Of a stretch of 56,873 bases of DNA, positions 53,601 to 56,873 are shown piece by piece. The position numbers were made by a program, and so were the translations under genes. The notes under the pieces were generated by a model. It saw nothing but the letters and a program-made list of their open reading frames with translations. It was not told the DNA's origin and made no database searches. Numbering within the stretch: position 1 is the first letter of the stretch; every line of letters starts with the position of its first letter. Source of the stretch: Candidatus Nanoarchaeia archaeon (GTDB lineage: Archaea > Nanobdellota > Nanobdellia > SCGC-AAA011-G17 > GW2011-AR17); contig JBAZYQ010000003.1 in NCBI GenBank assembly GCA_041659245.1, positions 1 through 56,873 of the forward strand, given 5' to 3'.

Positions 53601-54596
53601 ATGAGAAAAATATTAATAGCTATTTTGTGCGCGGTTATCCTGCTGGTTTCAACAGCAGCTGCGCCAGCTTTAGACACGGCGAAGGAAAAAGCTGTTCCTA
53701 CGCAGGCTAACGCATTTGGCTTGACAGCAGACAAAAGCCAGTGCACATGCTCGGCAGACACTCTTGCCAAGATAGAGCAGATTAAGAAGATTCTTGCAGA
53801 GCTTGAGAACAGCTGCATGATTGTCGAGAATCCGGGAAGAGACACTGAAAAGCCGGTTGCAATTGGATGCGTTGACAAGTGCATGACAGATCAGAACGCA
53901 AAGGATTTTTGCACAAAGAACTGCTTGAGTTCTTCAGATTCAAAGTGCTTTAGTGGTTGCTACGAAGGAATAAAGGTAAAGTGCGAGAATTCATGCAATC
54001 TTCAGTCTACTGAGCAAAAGCCTTCAGAGCCAGTAGGGTGCCTTGATACCTGCTATCAGAAGACAAAGAAAATGTGCATAGATGCAGGCTGCACAGACCC
54101 TAACAGTGATTATAATGAGGGATGCAAGAAGTTTGACTGCGGAAATTACATGGAAAACTGCCAGAAGCAATGTGGTGTGCAAGAGACTACTTCGACACAA
54201 GCTTCTGATGTCTTAGGGCAATGCTCTTCTTCATGCGAGCTAAAATATGGAGATTGCAAGAACAGCTGCTATGCCAGCGCAGGAACTGATTTTAAGGCTG
54301 CAGAAGATTGCACAGTGAATACGTGCATGCCTCTTTTGAAGCAGTGCAGCACAAGCTGCAATTCGCAGTATGCGCCAAAGGCAACATTTGTTGAGAAAGT
54401 GGTAAACGTGTTCAAGCCTACATTAAACCAGGGCGCCAAATGGCAGTGCTATGACGGCACTTGGGGAGATGCAGCAGGAACATGCCTGCCTTCGTCTGAT
54501 TTGCAGGCAAAGGCAAAAGCGTTCTGCGACGGCAAATGCAGCACTGAGACAAACAAGTGCGGCGTAAATTCATTCATGGCATACGGCGAGTGCTAA
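53601..54596 (+). CDS. secreted Cys-rich protein (tandem twin-CX3C-like units)
   Basis: GGAGGT lies before ATG 53601. Signal peptide. Repeated C-x3-C-x(6-9)-C-x3-C units (CVDKC..CTKNC, CFSGC..CENSC, CSSSC..CKNSC and others). Confidence 0.6.
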   Translation: MRKILIAILCAVILLVSTAAAPALDTAKEKAVPTQANAFGLTADKSQCTCSADTLAKIEQIKKILAELENSCMIVENPGRDTEKPVAIGCVDKCMTDQNAKDFCTKNCLSSSDSKCFSGCYEGIKVKCENSCNLQSTEQKPSEPVGCLDTCYQKTKKMCIDAGCTDPNSDYNEGCKKFDCGNYMENCQKQCGVQETTSTQASDVLGQCSSSCELKYGDCKNSCYASAGTDFKAAEDCTVNTCMPLLKQCSTSCNSQYAPKATFVEKVVNVFKPTLNQGAKWQCYDGTWGDAAGTCLPSSDLQAKAKAFCDGKCSTETNKCGVNSFMAYGEC

Positions 54597-54643
54597 GGCA
54601 CTCTTTTTTTCTTTTTTATATTTCCTTCTTTTAATTCAAAACC

Positions 54644-54653
54644 CTTATAAATA
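54644..54653 (+). promoter_or_regulatory. TATA box for srp54
   Basis: CTTATAAATA 21 nt before ATG 54674. Confidence 0.45.
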
Positions 54654-54673
54654 CCCTATTCTGCCTCTATACT

Positions 54674-56035
54674 ATGGTTTTAGAGAAATTAGGCGAATCA
54701 CTGAAAGGCACTTTAGCTAAGATAGCAAGAAGCCTGACTGTTGATGAAAAGCTGATAGATGAATTAGTGCGTGATATCCAGAGGGCTCTTCTTCAGGCTG
54801 ATGTCAATGTCCAATTAGTGTTTGATTTGACTAAAAGGATTAAGAAAAGAGCTCTTGAGGAAAAAGCTCCTGCTGGTGTTTCGCAAAAGGAATTCATTGT
54901 AAAGGTTGTTTATGATGAATTGGTTAAGTTCTTAGGCGGAGAGAAGACAACCATTGAGATTACCAAAAAGCCGTTCAAGATAATGATGGTTGGCTTGTTT
55001 GGCTCCGGGAAGACAACAACCATTGGAAAGATTCTGAAATTTTACCAGAAGAGGGGATTTAATGTTGGCGCAATTGGGCTTGATGTTCATAGGCCGGCTG
55101 CGCCTGAGCAATTAGAGCAGATATGCAAGAGAATAGAGGCAAAGTGCTTTATAATGAAAGGGGAGAAAGACCCTCTGAAGATATACAAAGCATTTGAGAA
55201 AGACATTGCAAAGCTTGATGTTCTGCTTATAGATACTGCAGGAAGAGATGCATTAAGCGCAGACTTGATTAAAGAGATTGAGGATTTGAATAATTATATC
55301 AAGCCTGATGAGAATCTTTTGGTTATCTCTGCTGACATTGGGCAGGCTGCTTTAAAGCAGGCTCAGCAGTTCCATGATTCATGCCATGTTACAGGCGTTG
55401 TTGCTACAAAGATGGATGGCACTGCAAAAGGCGGAGGGGCTTTGACTGCGTGCGCTGTTACCGGAGCTCCTGTGAAATTCTTGGGTGTTGGGGAGCGTGT
55501 TGATGATTTGGAGCAGTTTAATCCTTCAGGATTTGTTGGAAGATTATTGGGAATGGGTGATATTGAACTGCTTCTTGAGAAAGCCCGCGATGCCATTTCA
55601 GAAGAAGACGCAGAAGATATGGGAAGGAAGCTTTTGAAAGGAGAATTTAACTTCATTGACTTGTATGAGCAGATGTCTGCGATGAAAAAAATGGGCTCAC
55701 TTTCTAAATTGGTTGAGATGATTCCAGGCATGGGCAATTTGAAGATTCCCAAAGACATGCTGGAAGGCCAGGAAGGCAAGATAGAGGTTTGGAAGCACAT
55801 AATGCAGAGCATGACTAAAGAGGAATTGGAAGACCCTGAATTGATTGACGGCGCTCGTGTTGAAAGGATTGCAAAAGGCTCTGGAACTTCCACAGGCAAT
55901 GTAAGGGAATTGTTAAAGCAGTACAAGATGAGCAGGAAGATGATTAAGGGAATGAAAGGCATGGACAGCGAGCAGGACATCGGCAAGATGATGAAGAAGA
56001 TGAAGGGCAGGATGCCGAAAGGGTTTGGGATGTAG
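54674..56035 (+). CDS. srp54: signal recognition particle protein SRP54
   Basis: GLFGSGKTTT, DTAGR, TKMDGTAKGGGAL (SRP GTPase motifs) and a Met-rich M domain (MGSLSKLVEMIPGMG). Confidence 0.9.
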   Translation: MVLEKLGESLKGTLAKIARSLTVDEKLIDELVRDIQRALLQADVNVQLVFDLTKRIKKRALEEKAPAGVSQKEFIVKVVYDELVKFLGGEKTTIEITKKPFKIMMVGLFGSGKTTTIGKILKFYQKRGFNVGAIGLDVHRPAAPEQLEQICKRIEAKCFIMKGEKDPLKIYKAFEKDIAKLDVLLIDTAGRDALSADLIKEIEDLNNYIKPDENLLVISADIGQAALKQAQQFHDSCHVTGVVATKMDGTAKGGGALTACAVTGAPVKFLGVGERVDDLEQFNPSGFVGRLLGMGDIELLLEKARDAISEEDAEDMGRKLLKGEFNFIDLYEQMSAMKKMGSLSKLVEMIPGMGNLKIPKDMLEGQEGKIEVWKHIMQSMTKEELEDPELIDGARVERIAKGSGTSTGNVRELLKQYKMSRKMIKGMKGMDSEQDIGKMMKKMKGRMPKGFGM

Positions 56036-56047
56036 TTCGGGAGCAAT

Positions 56048-56873
56048 ATGAACGAAATAACAGAATTTGTAAAATCAGCCTTTAAATTTACTAGAAATCC
56101 TCTGGGAATTATTGGCTTATTTATTGTATTGCTCTATGGTTTTGCAGCTTTAGTACTAGGCTTTTCACAGTATCTCGATGCCTCTCAACGGTGGCCATTA
56201 ATCTGGTTTTTAATAATTTTTCCAGTTATTATCCTTGCAAGTTTTTTATGGTTAGTTATTAAACATCATACTAAATTATATGGTCCTAATGATTTTAGTG
56301 ATGAAAGATGGTTCGCAAAATTGGCTAGTCCAGAAGAGCTAGTAAAACAAAAACATGAGGACTATACAAAACAAGAGAGTTCCCAAAAAGTATCTCAATC
56401 AGAAACACAAACAAATAAATCTATGAATCGAAAAATGAATTCTGAATCTCCTACTAGCTATAAAGAATTCATGAAAAAATCTTTTTTATCTGAAGAATTG
56501 GTAATAAAACAAATAGAGAGTGAATATGGGCAATCTGTTAAAAGGGGCATTAAGATTATTATGGGCTCAAATAAGAAGGTATTTGATGGAATTCTTACAT
56601 TAAAAGATAGAACTATTTTTATCGAAGTAAAATATCTACGGAATATTTCTTCGATTTCTAAAAATTTAATTTTTATTACTAAATTATTAGTAGGGAAATT
56701 AGCCTCATTTTTTTCTTATACTAATGGAGAACCTAATGCTAAACCCTCTTCCTTATTATTAGCTATAGTAACTGAAGGAAATATTGAAAAAGATCTTTCT
56801 TTAATTAATCCTCTCATTGAAGAAGCCAAACAGTCCCATATTTCTTTGGAAATACGATTTTTTAATATACGGG
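56048..56873 (+). CDS. membrane protein with C-terminal PD-(D/E)xK-like motif (partial, runs off right edge; not in ORF track)
   Basis: My translation from ATG 56048 has no stop to the window end. Two TM segments (IIGLFIVLLYGFAALVLGF, LIWFLIIFPVIILASFLWLVI). FDGILTLKDRTIFIEVKY resembles a D...E-x-K nuclease core. Markedly AT-richer than its neighbours. Confidence 0.5.
   Translation, partial: MNEITEFVKSAFKFTRNPLGIIGLFIVLLYGFAALVLGFSQYLDASQRWPLIWFLIIFPVIILASFLWLVIKHHTKLYGPNDFSDERWFAKLASPEELVKQKHEDYTKQESSQKVSQSETQTNKSMNRKMNSESPTSYKEFMKKSFLSEELVIKQIESEYGQSVKRGIKIIMGSNKKVFDGILTLKDRTIFIEVKYLRNISSISKNLIFITKLLVGKLASFFSYTNGEPNAKPSSLLLAIVTEGNIEKDLSLINPLIEEAKQSHISLEIRFFNIR

Noticed and set aside
55363-56046. 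227-aa minus-strand ORF
   Set aside because: It is entirely antisense to srp54, whose identity is unambiguous. The Ser/Pro/Ile-rich translation is typical of an antisense frame.

Overview
This is a 56.9-kb archaeal contig segment. The archaeal assignment rests on the conserved rpl7ae-rps28e-rpl24e-ndk operon, SRP54, AsnRS, PGF-pre-PGF surface proteins, and TTTATAWA boxes about 20-25 nt upstream of many start codons (leaderless mRNAs), with GGAGG Shine-Dalgarno sites inside operons. The gene content (many giant surface proteins, few biosynthetic genes) resembles small-genome DPANN-type archaea, but that is inference only. Layout: 0.1-10 kb holds two metallophosphoesterases, an orphan operon of small Gly/Ser-rich proteins, a HEPN/nucleotidyltransferase cluster and a large TIM-barrel protein. 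10.1-28.1 kb is an accessory island of about 16 kb bracketed by two outward-facing paralogous wHTH regulator genes. Its left arm carries an M64-like metallopeptidase cassette flanked by direct repeats, a tightly packed array of small paralogous genes, a MazG/PEP-swivel fusion and an LTD surface protein. Its centre holds an unusual intron-containing Ser-like tRNA. Its right arm carries a T4 endoV-like glycosylase and a minus-strand cluster (dCTP deaminase-like, Tmk-like kinase, HAD nucleotidase, three radical-SAM-type enzymes) that I consider the best candidate for an undescribed nucleotide-targeting system (defence, DNA modification or salvage). 28-35 kb holds signal peptidase, an orphan UvrA paralogue, Cys-rich secreted proteins and AsnRS. 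35.6-46.7 kb is a surface-protein cluster that includes an FG-GAP gene split by a (TA)4 frameshift. 38.3-39.0 kb holds tRNA-Pro and a wHTH gene embedded in three copies of a TTCGAA/AGTGAGA repeat. 46.7-56 kb holds the r-protein operon, a MacB-type ABC transporter and SRP54. The window ends with an AT-rich partial gene. I saw no rRNA, CRISPR array, integrase or transposase. All calls come from reading the sequence and ORF translations by eye; no searches were run.
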